The position numbers were made by a program, and so were the translations under genes. 64,000 nucleotides of DNA from Myxococcota bacterium (GTDB lineage Bacteria > Myxococcota_A > UBA796 > CAJQPC01). The stretch covers positions 1 through 64,000 of the forward strand of contig DASCPX010000198.1 in assembly GCA_036012755.1 (NCBI GenBank), in the 5' to 3' direction. This document shows positions 48,616 to 57,540 of this stretch, piece after piece. The notes under the pieces were generated by a model, which had not been told where the DNA came from, ran no database searches, and saw nothing but the letters and a program-made list of their open reading frames with translations. Positions within the stretch are counted from its first letter, which is position 1, and each line of letters opens with the position of its first letter.

Positions 48616-49619
48616 GACAGGGCCTCCAGGATGCGCTCCACGTCCTCGTCCGAGAGGTCCTCGTGGACCGGGACGCTCAGGGCCCGGGCGCAGTGGCGCG
48701 CGGCGTTCGGACAAGCGCTGGGGCCCCCGCCCAGGGCGGGCTGTGAGTCCATCGGGCGGGGGTAGAACACGGCCGAGTCGATGCCGAGGGCGTCCAGCCT
48801 CCGCACGAGCTCCTCGCGCTCGTCGGTGACCAACACGTACTGGTGGACAGCGTCCCCTGGTGTCCTGGCGAGGCCCTCGCAGACCTCGTCGTAGCGGTCG
48901 GCGATTGCGCGGCGCCTGCTCACTGCGTCGTCGAGGACCTCGAGCTGGGCGAGCACCACGGCTGCCTGCACGGCGTCGAGGCGGCTGGTCGTGCCGATCT
49001 CGAGGTGGACGTCGCGACCGCTCTGGCCGTGGGATCCGAGCCGACGGATGCGTCGGGCCAGCTCGAGGTCGTCGGTCAGCACCAGGCCGCCATCTCCGGC
49101 CGCCCCGAGGGTCTTGGTGGGGTACAGCGACAGGGCCGCGGCGACACCAGGCGGTCGTCCGTGGCCCCAGCCCGCGCACTGGGCGGCGTCGCTGATGGCG
49201 AGCAGATCCGGGGGCGCCTCGCAGCGCATGCCGAAGAGGTGGACGAGCACGACCGCGTCGACATCCGCGGGGATGAGCTCGGGGTCCATCAGCGGCGACT
49301 CCGGGAGGACGTCCACGAAGACCGGCTCGGCCCCGGCGAGCAGGACGGCCTCTGTCGTCGCGAAGAAGGACAGGGCGGGCACGGCGACCCGTCGGCCTGT
49401 CATGGACAGCGCCCTCAGGATCAGCCACAGGGCTTCGGTCCCCGAGCCGACCCCCACGCCGTGCGCCATGTGGAAGGAGCTCGCGACGGCTGCCTCGCAC
49501 TGCGCGACCATCGGGCCACCGACGTAGCGCCCGGAGCGAAGGACCTCGACCACGCGGCTCTCGACGTTGGCCGCCAGCCGAGCATGCCGGGCGGCTGGAT
49601 CGGCGAGCCGGATGCGCAC
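48612..49619 (-). CDS. DegT/DnrJ/EryC1/StrS PLP-dependent sugar aminotransferase
   Basis: SGTEAL, VHLFG, DAAQ, SLYPTKTLGAAGDGG, SRLDAVQAA. Confidence 0.92.
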   Translation of the reverse strand: MRIRLADPAARHARLAANVESRVVEVLRSGRYVGGPMVAQCEAAVASSFHMAHGVGVGSGTEALWLILRALSMTGRRVAVPALSFFATTEAVLLAGAEPVFVDVLPESPLMDPELIPADVDAVVLVHLFGMRCEAPPDLLAISDAAQCAGWGHGRPPGVAAALSLYPTKTLGAAGDGGLVLTDDLELARRIRRLGSHGQSGRDVHLEIGTTSRLDAVQAAVVLAQLEVLDDAVSRRRAIADRYDEVCEGLARTPGDAVHQYVLVTDEREELVRRLDALGIDSAVFYPRPMDSQPALGGGPSACPNAARHCARALSVPVHEDLSDEDVERILEALS

Positions 49620-49621
49620 GC

Positions 49622-50389
49622 CTACTTGAAGTCCCGCTTCTCGAAGATCCAGCAGGCCACTGCCAGCACCGCTGCGGTGTAGCCCAGGCCGTAGAGCGTG
49701 CTCCACAGCAGGCGCTCGCCGCCGATGGGGATGCCGTGCATGGCCGAGTCGAAGGCGTTGAAGACCTCGAAGTTAGGCAGCACCCAGTAGATGACGCGGG
49801 ACATCTCCTGGGCCATCTCCGACTTCGCCTGGCTTCCGAAGGTCCAGATGTCGTCCGCGGCGTGGCCGATGACCAGGATCCCGATCGAGAAGACGCTCGC
49901 CACGGTCGGGGAGGAGTAGGTCGAGAACAGGATCGCCCAGGCCGTCAGCAGCCCGAGCTCGACCATCAGGAGGAAGATCGCCGGCGCGATGCCGAAGCCG
50001 GGGAAGTCCTGCTGGACGGTCATGACCACGAAATAGAGGGCCACCATCAGGCCGATGAGCACGGCGATGACCGCCATCAGGCCCGCGTACTTGCCGAGGA
50101 CGAAGATCCATCGCGGGATCGGCTTGCTGGCGATGGTGTAGATCGTCTTCTTCTCGAGCTCTTTGTAGACGAGCCCGATGCCCAGGAACAGCGCGACCAC
50201 CGAGCCGAAGACGCGGATGGCGCCCAGCGCCACGCTCCGGACCACGTGGTCGCCGTCACCGATGGTGACCTGCTCCATCGCGGCAGACGTCAGCAGCATC
50301 AAGGCCGCGAAGAAGAGGAACGAGAACAGGATCCGGTCTCGCATCGTCTCGCGGAAGGTGTTGCCCGCGATGGCCAACAGCCGCCTCAT
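49622..50389 (-). CDS. pilI: Type IV pilus-associated ABC permease (PilI-like)
   Basis: IAGNTFRET.RDR, KELEKKTIYTIASKP, LGKY.G, C-terminal FEKRDFK. Confidence 0.8.
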   Translation of the reverse strand: MRRLLAIAGNTFRETMRDRILFSFLFFAALMLLTSAAMEQVTIGDGDHVVRSVALGAIRVFGSVVALFLGIGLVYKELEKKTIYTIASKPIPRWIFVLGKYAGLMAVIAVLIGLMVALYFVVMTVQQDFPGFGIAPAIFLLMVELGLLTAWAILFSTYSSPTVASVFSIGILVIGHAADDIWTFGSQAKSEMAQEMSRVIYWVLPNFEVFNAFDSAMHGIPIGGERLLWSTLYGLGYTAAVLAVACWIFEKRDFK

Positions 50390-51336
50390 GCCAGCACCCC
50401 CATGTGCTTGGCGTCGACCTTCTCCGCGCGCTCGGCCTCTTCGAGCAGCAGATCCTCGAGGTGCATGCGCATCCGGTCGACGCTGCGGATGCGCCCTCCG
50501 GCGGCTCGGATGCGATCGAGGGCCTCGTCCACCTCTTCGGGACCGACGCGCAGCAGGACGAGCTCGCCGTCCTTCCGGATGGTCTTGCCAGGGAGTTCCT
50601 CGCCACAGTCGCCGGCCAAGGTGATGTCGACGTGTCGCACCCGGTCGCCGACGAGCTCGTCGACGGTGCCGCAGCCGCGGAGCTTGCCCTTGACCACGAT
50701 GGCGATGCGATCGCAGATGACCTCGACGTCGGCGAGGATGTGACTCGAGAAGAACACGGTGCGGCCGTTGTCACGCTCCTCTAGGATGAGGTCGCGGATC
50801 AGCGCCCGACCCATGGGATCGAGGCCGCTCATCGGCTCGTCCATGACGACCAGCTCGGGCTCGTTGATCAGCGCCTGGGCTACGCCGGCCCGCTGCAGCA
50901 TGCCCTTGCTGTAGGACCCGAGCTTCACGTCGGCGAAGCGCGCCAGGCCGACACGCTCGAGCAGGGCGCCGATCCGGCGCTCCAGCTCAGGGCCGCGGAG
51001 GTCGAAGAGCTTGCCGTAGAAGCGAAGGAACTCTGTCGCCGTCAGGTACTGGTAGAAGTACGGCCGCTCGGGCAGGAAGCCGACCTTTCGCCGGCACTCG
51101 GGATCCCGATGGTCCCGGCCCAGCACCGTGGCCGTGCCCTCGGTGGCGCCCTGCAGACCCATGAGGATCTTGATCGCGGTCGTCTTTCCGGCTCCGTTCG
51201 GGCCGATGAAGCCGAAGCTCTCTCCGGGCTCGACGTCGAGGTCGAGGCCCTCGAGGCCTACATAGGGGATGCGGAAGAACCCGCTCCTGTAGACCTTGCG
51301 AAGGCCCCGTGTCTGGATTGCACGGGTCTCACTCAT
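50386..51336 (-). CDS. pilH: Type IV pilus-associated ABC ATPase (PilH-like)
   Basis: GPNGAGKTT, GFLPERPYFY, YSKGMLQR, MDEPMSGLDP, FFSSH. Confidence 0.85.
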   Translation of the reverse strand: MSETRAIQTRGLRKVYRSGFFRIPYVGLEGLDLDVEPGESFGFIGPNGAGKTTAIKILMGLQGATEGTATVLGRDHRDPECRRKVGFLPERPYFYQYLTATEFLRFYGKLFDLRGPELERRIGALLERVGLARFADVKLGSYSKGMLQRAGVAQALINEPELVVMDEPMSGLDPMGRALIRDLILEERDNGRTVFFSSHILADVEVICDRIAIVVKGKLRGCGTVDELVGDRVRHVDITLAGDCGEELPGKTIRKDGELVLLRVGPEEVDEALDRIRAAGGRIRSVDRMRMHLEDLLLEEAERAEKVDAKHMGVLA

Positions 51337-51343
51337 TCTGCAT

Positions 51344-51667
51344 CTACCGCTTCTTACGCTCCAGCCAACGGCGTTTCAGGCCACTGTCGCGGATCATATC
51401 CAACCAGCGCTCCACCGTTGAGTCGGGAGCTGCGCCGGCGCTGCGCCAGTTGCAGCGGGTGCAGAGGGGGCCGCTGTCCGAGAAGCGACCTTCTACCTGG
51501 GCTCTGCGCCAGGTTTGCATCGTCTCTCCGTTCCAGAGTTCGGACAGGGGCGTATCGCGCAGGTTGCCGATCTTGTTCTCGAGGTGCTCGTCGAGGCAGC
51601 ACACCGTGACATCCCCGGTCACATGAACCATCGGCGTGGCCCAGAGCCCGGCGCAGGGTGGCCTCAA
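51344..51667 (-). CDS. Stand-alone SPASM/Twitch Fe-S domain protein
   Basis: PCAGLW..GDVTVCCLD..IGNL...LSELWNG..CTRC; TTGA overlap with the upstream stop. Confidence 0.85.
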   Translation of the reverse strand: MRPPCAGLWATPMVHVTGDVTVCCLDEHLENKIGNLRDTPLSELWNGETMQTWRRAQVEGRFSDSGPLCTRCNWRSAGAAPDSTVERWLDMIRDSGLKRRWLERKKR

Positions 51668-52137
51668 CCCTTGCGCCCGGCGACCTTGTAGGGGGCCGAC
51701 TCGTGCTCGTCCCAGTCGCTGATGTACACGAGGAACATGTAGGAATCGGCCTTGTCGCAGTAGACCTCGTGGGTGGTCTCGCCGAAGCTCCCGGAGCAGT
51801 AGCCGGCGTCGTCGCAGGCCATCTTGTCATCGGCGATCCGAGCCCCCGAGTACTCGATCTCGAAGCGCCCGTTCCAGATGTTGTCGACGCCGTCGGGGTC
51901 GTCGACGCTGCACTCGATCTTCCACTGGTAGTTCTCGTCGCCGGTCTGGTGCAGGTAGCAGTAGGCGTCGCAGGTCTCGATGACCGGCGCCAGCGGATCG
52001 ATCTCGTCCTGGGTGTCCTGGGTGTCGCCCGAGTCGTCGCTCTGGGAGTCGTCCGTCCCAGCGCTGTCGGATCGCGCGGAGTCGTTCGAGTCGGTGCCGG
52101 GGGCAGGTGTCACGCAGGCCAGGGCGAGCAGGAACAT
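51664..52137 (-). CDS. Hypothetical Cys-rich lipoprotein
   Basis: MFLLALAC; D/S linker. Confidence 0.8.
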   Translation of the reverse strand: MFLLALACVTPAPGTDSNDSARSDSAGTDDSQSDDSGDTQDTQDEIDPLAPVIETCDAYCYLHQTGDENYQWKIECSVDDPDGVDNIWNGRFEIEYSGARIADDKMACDDAGYCSGSFGETTHEVYCDKADSYMFLVYISDWDEHESAPYKVAGRKG

Positions 52138-52173
52138 GGTGCTCTCTTCGGTGCCGGGCCCAGTCTACCCGGG

Positions 52174-53460
52174 TCAGTTGCCGTCTGAGCTGCCCTTGCG
52201 CGCCTTTACTGCGTCTTGGACCTGCAGCGTGTAGACGAACTGGGCGCTGACCGTCTCTCCGTCTTCCTCGATCGGAGCGAAGCGCCAGCCCCAGGCTGCC
52301 TCCATCGTCGAGGGCAACAGGGCCTGCGGGCAGTCTTCTGGCCGCACGTCGTAGGGGGTCCCGAGGGGGTCGACGAAGAAGCGCACGGCGCAGGCGGCGT
52401 CGTCAGCCACGTCCGCGGGCCACGTCGGCGCCACGACCTCGGTGATCTCGAGCTCCGACCAGTGGACCTCAAGAGGGCCGACCGAGATCTCCTCTTCTGG
52501 CACGCTCTGTTCTGGCTCCGCTGCGTCGATGTCTTCTGTGTCCTCCACGTCCTCCTCGGGTCCCTCGTCGTCGACGTCCCGCCGGAGCGCCTCCAAGAGC
52601 GCGTCGATGTCCGTGACGTCGGTGTCACCAATTCCCGGGACGGGCAGGCTGCGCTCGCGCTCCTTGTAGAAGCGTCCGGAGATGCGCGCGCCGGTGGCGT
52701 AGTAGGTCCGATCGACCCCGTCACGGCCGCCCTCGTCGAAGGGCTCCCACTGGGTCAGGTGCTCGCCCCAGAGGCCCACGACCCATGCTTGCTTCTTGGT
52801 GAGCAGGGTCAGCCCGAGCTCGACCTCTCCCTTCACTTCCTGCCGGGTGGTGTGGTGGACATCGACCCGGTCCCGTCGCCGCCGGGCGTTGCCCTCGACC
52901 TCTGCGCGGGCCTGCAGCCCCACAGGTCCGGCCACCCGCGCCAGGATCTCTCCGCCGAGACCGGTGCCGAGGCTCATGTAGTAGCGGAGCTTGTCCGTGC
53001 CCATGTCGGACTTCGACATGCCGATCACCGTCGCGTTGATCGGCGAGTAGACCCGCCACTGCATGCGGCCGGTGTCCCCGAAGCGCCAGACCTCGTCCCA
53101 GGTGCCGGCGAGGAGCCCGATGTCGAGGTCGTCGCCCAGATCGGGCCGGATGCGGAAGTTGAAGGGGAGGCTCTCGAGCTGGAACTGGTCCAGGACGATC
53201 TCGCCGTCTTCGTCGCGGTACATGCGCAGGCGCATGCCCTGGCCGGTGGGGGTGGTGTCATCGTCGAAGAGGCTGTCTTCGCTGTCGAAGACCCGACGCG
53301 TCATGAGCTCGAGGCCTTGGGGCCCTGCGCTCGGGAGGCCGTCGACCAGCTGGGGGCCGTCAGCGCCCTCGAAGGTGTAGGGGCCGACACCGAGCTCGCG
53401 GTGGTCGGCGGTCGGGAAGAGCGTGAGGCTCAGGGCTGCTGCGGCGGTCGTCGGGTCCAT
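52174..53460 (-). CDS. Beta-barrel-like protein with acidic linker and C-terminal TonB_C-like domain
   Basis: Amphipathic strands ending GARISGRF; APTWP..VRFFVDPLG.P..V..AAWGWRFAP. Confidence 0.7.
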   Translation of the reverse strand: MDPTTAAAALSLTLFPTADHRELGVGPYTFEGADGPQLVDGLPSAGPQGLELMTRRVFDSEDSLFDDDTTPTGQGMRLRMYRDEDGEIVLDQFQLESLPFNFRIRPDLGDDLDIGLLAGTWDEVWRFGDTGRMQWRVYSPINATVIGMSKSDMGTDKLRYYMSLGTGLGGEILARVAGPVGLQARAEVEGNARRRRDRVDVHHTTRQEVKGEVELGLTLLTKKQAWVVGLWGEHLTQWEPFDEGGRDGVDRTYYATGARISGRFYKERERSLPVPGIGDTDVTDIDALLEALRRDVDDEGPEEDVEDTEDIDAAEPEQSVPEEEISVGPLEVHWSELEITEVVAPTWPADVADDAACAVRFFVDPLGTPYDVRPEDCPQALLPSTMEAAWGWRFAPIEEDGETVSAQFVYTLQVQDAVKARKGSSDGN

Positions 53461-53461
53461 G

Positions 53462-54106
53462 TCACTCCGTCTCGTCCGGGGTGGCCTGGGTTGCACCAAG
53501 GCCAGCTTCGATCACGGGGAAGATGCTCTTGTCGTAGCTGACGCCGCAGCGCGACGCCTTGAAGGTTCCGCTGACGTCGAGTGACTCCAGGCCGAAGCTG
53601 CCGTGGAATCGCTCGCCGTCCCTGTCAATCTGCACATCACCATCGGGTACGTCCACCTCGGCTTCGTATTCGACAGGTTCGTAGCTCCGGATCAGACCGT
53701 GCTCCTGCGCGACCCGTGCCTCGAGCATCGCCCACCACGAGGCCTCGGCCGCGAAGGGGTCCCTGTCGTCGAGGATCGTGTTCACCGGCTCGGATGACAG
53801 CGGGAAGGTCCCCTCCCAGGAGTCCTGGCGGAAGCGGTAGAGGTGGAGGAAGGCGATGCGGCTGCCCTCTCGGTACAGCATCAGCGCCAGCTCCTGAGCC
53901 GTCTCCTCCTGGCTGGCGGAGTCGAGCGAGTCGATGTCCGACAGATCGAAGGGGGAGGCGCAGGTCGACAGCTCGCTGTTCGAGATCAACAGGAAGAGCT
54001 CGTCGCGCTCGCTTCCTTTCTGCTGCAGGGCCCAGGCGGTCATCACAGGTGCGGACCCCTCCGGCCAGGAGAGGTTCCCGGCGGCACAGCCAAGGAGGAA
54101 CAACAC
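53462..54106 (-). CDS. Hypothetical lipoprotein
   Basis: GTG start overlaps the upstream TAG; MLFLLGC. Confidence 0.7.
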   Translation of the reverse strand: MLFLLGCAAGNLSWPEGSAPVMTAWALQQKGSERDELFLLISNSELSTCASPFDLSDIDSLDSASQEETAQELALMLYREGSRIAFLHLYRFRQDSWEGTFPLSSEPVNTILDDRDPFAAEASWWAMLEARVAQEHGLIRSYEPVEYEAEVDVPDGDVQIDRDGERFHGSFGLESLDVSGTFKASRCGVSYDKSIFPVIEAGLGATQATPDETE

Positions 54107-54870
54107 TAGAAGCTGCCCGCGGCGCGGAGGCGATCCCCGCCACCGGGTGGGGCCACGCCCAGCTCCCGGCAGACCCGCGCGTGGAGGGCGTCCGCGGCAT
54201 CCTGGTCGGCGCAGTTGAGCGGTCGGAGGTAGATGGCGTCCATGTCCTCTGAGGGCCAGTCCCAGCAGACGGCGCATGGGCGGCCCAACTCCTCGAGGAG
54301 TCCCTTCCAGTGTGCCAGGAAGTCCCCGGCTTCGTGCTCGTTTCCGGGTTGGACCACGTAGGCCAGGTGGGCGTACGGACGCTGCGCCCCGAGCTCGGCC
54401 CGGACGCGCAGGAAGCGCTCGATGTTGTCGAAGACCTGCTGGCGTCGGTCGGCGCCCTTCAGCTCGAGGTAGGCCTCTGGGCTGAAGCTGTCGATCGAGA
54501 AGTGGATGCTGCGAAAGCAGCGCTCGTCCCTCTCGGGGGCGTTGGCCAGCCGGACGAGCAGCCGCGCTCGCCGTTCGCCGAAGACGACCCCGTTGGTGTG
54601 GAGCTTGAACTCGCGGAACAGGCCGTCGTTGACGGAGAAGGCGTACTCGATGAAGCGATCGAACTCCGGGTGGATGGTCGGCTCTCCGAGCCAGTGCGGG
54701 CAGAGGTGGACCTCTTCCTCGAAGTCGCGGAGCCCCTCGAGCATCGCCTTCCAGGTCTCCCAGGTCATGAAGCGATGGGGTGCCCCGTGGGCCTCGTCGC
54801 GCAAGGACTGGCTGCACATCCTGCAGCTGATGTTGCAGTGGTCGGTGAGCTCGAGGTTGACGTTGACCAT
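54106..54870 (-). CDS. Radical SAM core protein lacking the SPASM domain
   Basis: ELTDHCNISCRMC, WLGEP, HTNG, HFSID. Confidence 0.9.
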   Translation of the reverse strand: MVNVNLELTDHCNISCRMCSQSLRDEAHGAPHRFMTWETWKAMLEGLRDFEEEVHLCPHWLGEPTIHPEFDRFIEYAFSVNDGLFREFKLHTNGVVFGERRARLLVRLANAPERDERCFRSIHFSIDSFSPEAYLELKGADRRQQVFDNIERFLRVRAELGAQRPYAHLAYVVQPGNEHEAGDFLAHWKGLLEELGRPCAVCWDWPSEDMDAIYLRPLNCADQDAADALHARVCRELGVAPPGGGDRLRAAGSF

Positions 54871-54872
54871 GG

Positions 54873-55931
54873 TTAGAGGTGGCTCCGGATGTTTCGCTCG
54901 TGCTCCAGGATGTTGGGACTGCACTCCCGGCAACGTTGCAGCGGTCGGCCTGACTCCATCGCGCCGCGGACCTTGTTCAGGAAGGCCCCGTCGCGCCAGA
55001 TCTCCGCCAGCGGCTTGTCGGCGACGGACTCGCCCTGACCGGCAAGCACACAGCACGGGCTCGTGCGGCCGTCCGCCTGCACGACGAGGTAGTGCCAGGC
55101 TTTCAAGCACATGGCCTCTCGGAGCCCCCCCTTGCTTTCCGGTGCCGCGTGCGTCCCTCGCTCCAGCTTCGATGCCTCCAGGTAGTTCTCCAGGGTCGTG
55201 GCGACGCCCAGCTTCCGGGCCTCTGCGAGGGCGGCCCGCGCGATCCCGGGGACCTCCTCCATCTGCTCTGGCGAGAGCTTCAGGGCGAGCTGCTCCGGGC
55301 GGTAGGCGACCAGCGCGTCGAAGTCGACGCGGAAGCAGCCCAGGGCGTGAGCGAGTCGGACCACCTCCGTGAGCGTCCGGTGGTTCTGGTTGGTGATGAC
55401 GAAGTGCAGGGCCAGGCGAGGGCTCGACTGTCCCCGCCGTCGCTTGGCGACGTTGAGGCGACAGAGATTGGTGATGGTCTTGTCGAAGGCCCCGTCCTTG
55501 CCCCGCAGGCGGTCGTGGATCTCTGCGCTCGGACCGTCGATCGACACGTGGAGCTCGTCCCACTCGTCGTCGAGGAGCTGGCTGCGGAGGCTCTTCGGCA
55601 GGATGGTGCCGTTGGTCGTGAGGATGCCCTCCATGCCGAGCTCCTTCACCCTGTGGAGGATCGGGGGCGTGAGGTCGCGCGCCACCAGCGGCTCTCCGCC
55701 GCCGAGCACGAAGACCCGCTCCACGCCCAGCTCCCTGGCCTCGTCGAGGATCTCCAGGTGTCGCTGAAGGGGAAGCTCGTTCTGCCTGCCTTGGTGTCGA
55801 TCGGTGGTGTCGCAGAAGACGCAGTCGAGGTTGCACTTCAGCGTCGGGTACAGCTCCAGGGTGACGGGGCCCTGGGGCCCCTCCTCCTCCCAGCGCCGGA
55901 TGCGCGCGGCGATGGCGGCGGGTTCGCCCAC
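54873..55931 (-). CDS. Radical SAM/SPASM(Twitch) protein
   Basis: CNLDCVFC, GGGEP, TTNGT, VSIDG; C..AW..DG..SPCC..CREC. Confidence 0.93.
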   Translation of the reverse strand: MGEPAAIAARIRRWEEEGPQGPVTLELYPTLKCNLDCVFCDTTDRHQGRQNELPLQRHLEILDEARELGVERVFVLGGGEPLVARDLTPPILHRVKELGMEGILTTNGTILPKSLRSQLLDDEWDELHVSIDGPSAEIHDRLRGKDGAFDKTITNLCRLNVAKRRRGQSSPRLALHFVITNQNHRTLTEVVRLAHALGCFRVDFDALVAYRPEQLALKLSPEQMEEVPGIARAALAEARKLGVATTLENYLEASKLERGTHAAPESKGGLREAMCLKAWHYLVVQADGRTSPCCVLAGQGESVADKPLAEIWRDGAFLNKVRGAMESGRPLQRCRECSPNILEHERNIRSHL

Positions 55932-55984
55932 TCTTCACAGGGTATCAGCGCGGCCTATCGACCACTTCGATATGCTGCGCGGCG

Positions 55985-56410
55985 ATGTTCTTGTTGTTGT
56001 TCTTCTCCTGCACGCCGTCCAACCTCCCGGACTCTGCCGACACGGCGATCTTCGACGAGTTCTGCAGTGTCTTCGCCGAGGCCGGGGACACCCGCCTCGA
56101 GGACGGCTCCGGCGACAGCACCTCCAGCGGCCAGATCCAGGGCCAGTTCGTCCAGGACGTGCTCGTGGACGCCCGCGACCCGCAGTTCGTGGCCTTCGTC
56201 GACTACCTGCTCGAGAACGTCGACGTCGGGGGACAGGCGACTCGCGGTCGCACGGACGCCGTCGGGCGCTTCACCGCCACCCTTGGCCAGGGCAACTGGC
56301 AGATCAAGACCAGCGGCCACCAGGGCAGCTACTACTGCGCCCAGGAGTCGACCTTCGCCGTCGTCGCGGGCAAGGTCACCCTGCTCTGCGTCGACATGAA
56401 CTGCGAGTAG
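55985..56410 (+). CDS. Hypothetical lipoprotein (carboxypeptidase-regulatory-like beta sandwich)
   Basis: MFLLLFFSC; GQIQG..TDAVGRF..LGQGNWQI. Confidence 0.75.
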   Translation: MFLLLFFSCTPSNLPDSADTAIFDEFCSVFAEAGDTRLEDGSGDSTSSGQIQGQFVQDVLVDARDPQFVAFVDYLLENVDVGGQATRGRTDAVGRFTATLGQGNWQIKTSGHQGSYYCAQESTFAVVAGKVTLLCVDMNCE

Positions 56411-56451
56411 GCGTCACGCAACGATCCGGTAGCGCGGGCTAGACTCTGGGC

Positions 56452-57540
56452 GTGCGGCCGCCTCATCTGCCGGGCTCCTACCTCGTGGTGGAGCTGACCA
56501 ATCGCTGCTCCCTGGCCTGCGTGCACTGCTCGGTCAGCGAGGGCGCGGCCCATCCCCACCACGCCCAGAGCGGCTACATCGATACAGGGATGGTGCTCGG
56601 CTTGTTCGATGACCTCGTCGGACTCGGCGCTCGCTTCGACACGCTGATCCTCTTCTGGCTCGGCGAGCCTCTCCTCCACGATGACTTCTCGACCATCTAC
56701 CGGGCGGCTCTGCGCGCGGCGGCTCGGCATCGCACCTTCGGCAAGGTCGAGGTCCACACCAACGGCACCCACCTCTCGCTCGAGACGACCCGGGCGGTGC
56801 TGAACTCGGGGCCTGTCGTCCAGGTCTGGCACTTCTCCCTGGATGCAGCTCGCAGCGAGACCTACCTGCAGGTGAAGGGGCTGCAGCGCTTCGAGAAGGT
56901 GGAGAACAACATCGCGCGCTTCATCGAGTGGAAGGGGCGCATCGGTGCCCGCTGGCCACGCCCGGTCTTCCAGTTCATCGTCGGCTCCAACAACGCAGAC
57001 GAGGTGCCCCTGTTCCGCCGGCGCTGGGAGGTCGCCTGCAAGCGAGCGGGCGAACCTGTTCGCGCCGTGGCCCAGGACGTCCCGCCGGGGGACGACGCCG
57101 TCGTCTTCTTCCGGCAGCTCGACTGTCCGACCCCGGAGCAGCAGGCAAGTGAGAACGCCGTGTTCCGAGCAGCCATGGAGCGCGAGGGCCTGCCTGTCCC
57201 ACGAGGGGACAAGGCCCCCACCACGCTCTGTGCCGAGAACCACGCCCCCTGCTCGGGCTTCTGGAAGTCGCCGGTCATCAGCTGGCTCGGGGACGTCACG
57301 ACCTGCACCCGCGACAACCTGCTCGAAAACCGGGTTGGATCGCTGCGCGAGGCGCGCTTCTCGGAGCTCTGGTGGGGAGGGCTCATGGCCGGGCGTCGCA
57401 AGCGCGTGGCTACGGGCGACTACTCGGGCATGCCCACCTGCGCGAGCTGCTTCATTCCGCGCTCGTCGAACTACACGGACCTGTCGGTGGAGGAGGTCGA
57501 GCGGCACGCGACCTTCGACGACCGGGTCGTCGCCAGGTGA
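56452..57540 (+). CDS. Radical SAM/SPASM(Twitch) protein
   Basis: ELTNRCSLACVHC, WLGEP, HTNG; PCSGFW..GDVTTC..CASC. Confidence 0.93.
   Translation: MRPPHLPGSYLVVELTNRCSLACVHCSVSEGAAHPHHAQSGYIDTGMVLGLFDDLVGLGARFDTLILFWLGEPLLHDDFSTIYRAALRAAARHRTFGKVEVHTNGTHLSLETTRAVLNSGPVVQVWHFSLDAARSETYLQVKGLQRFEKVENNIARFIEWKGRIGARWPRPVFQFIVGSNNADEVPLFRRRWEVACKRAGEPVRAVAQDVPPGDDAVVFFRQLDCPTPEQQASENAVFRAAMEREGLPVPRGDKAPTTLCAENHAPCSGFWKSPVISWLGDVTTCTRDNLLENRVGSLREARFSELWWGGLMAGRRKRVATGDYSGMPTCASCFIPRSSNYTDLSVEEVERHATFDDRVVAR

Noticed and set aside
55985..56410. RiPP precursor for the flanking radical SAM/SPASM enzymes
   Set aside because: It is a 141-aa lipoprotein with a predicted folded beta domain. I see no leader/core pattern, RRE/PqqD or peptidase-transporter.
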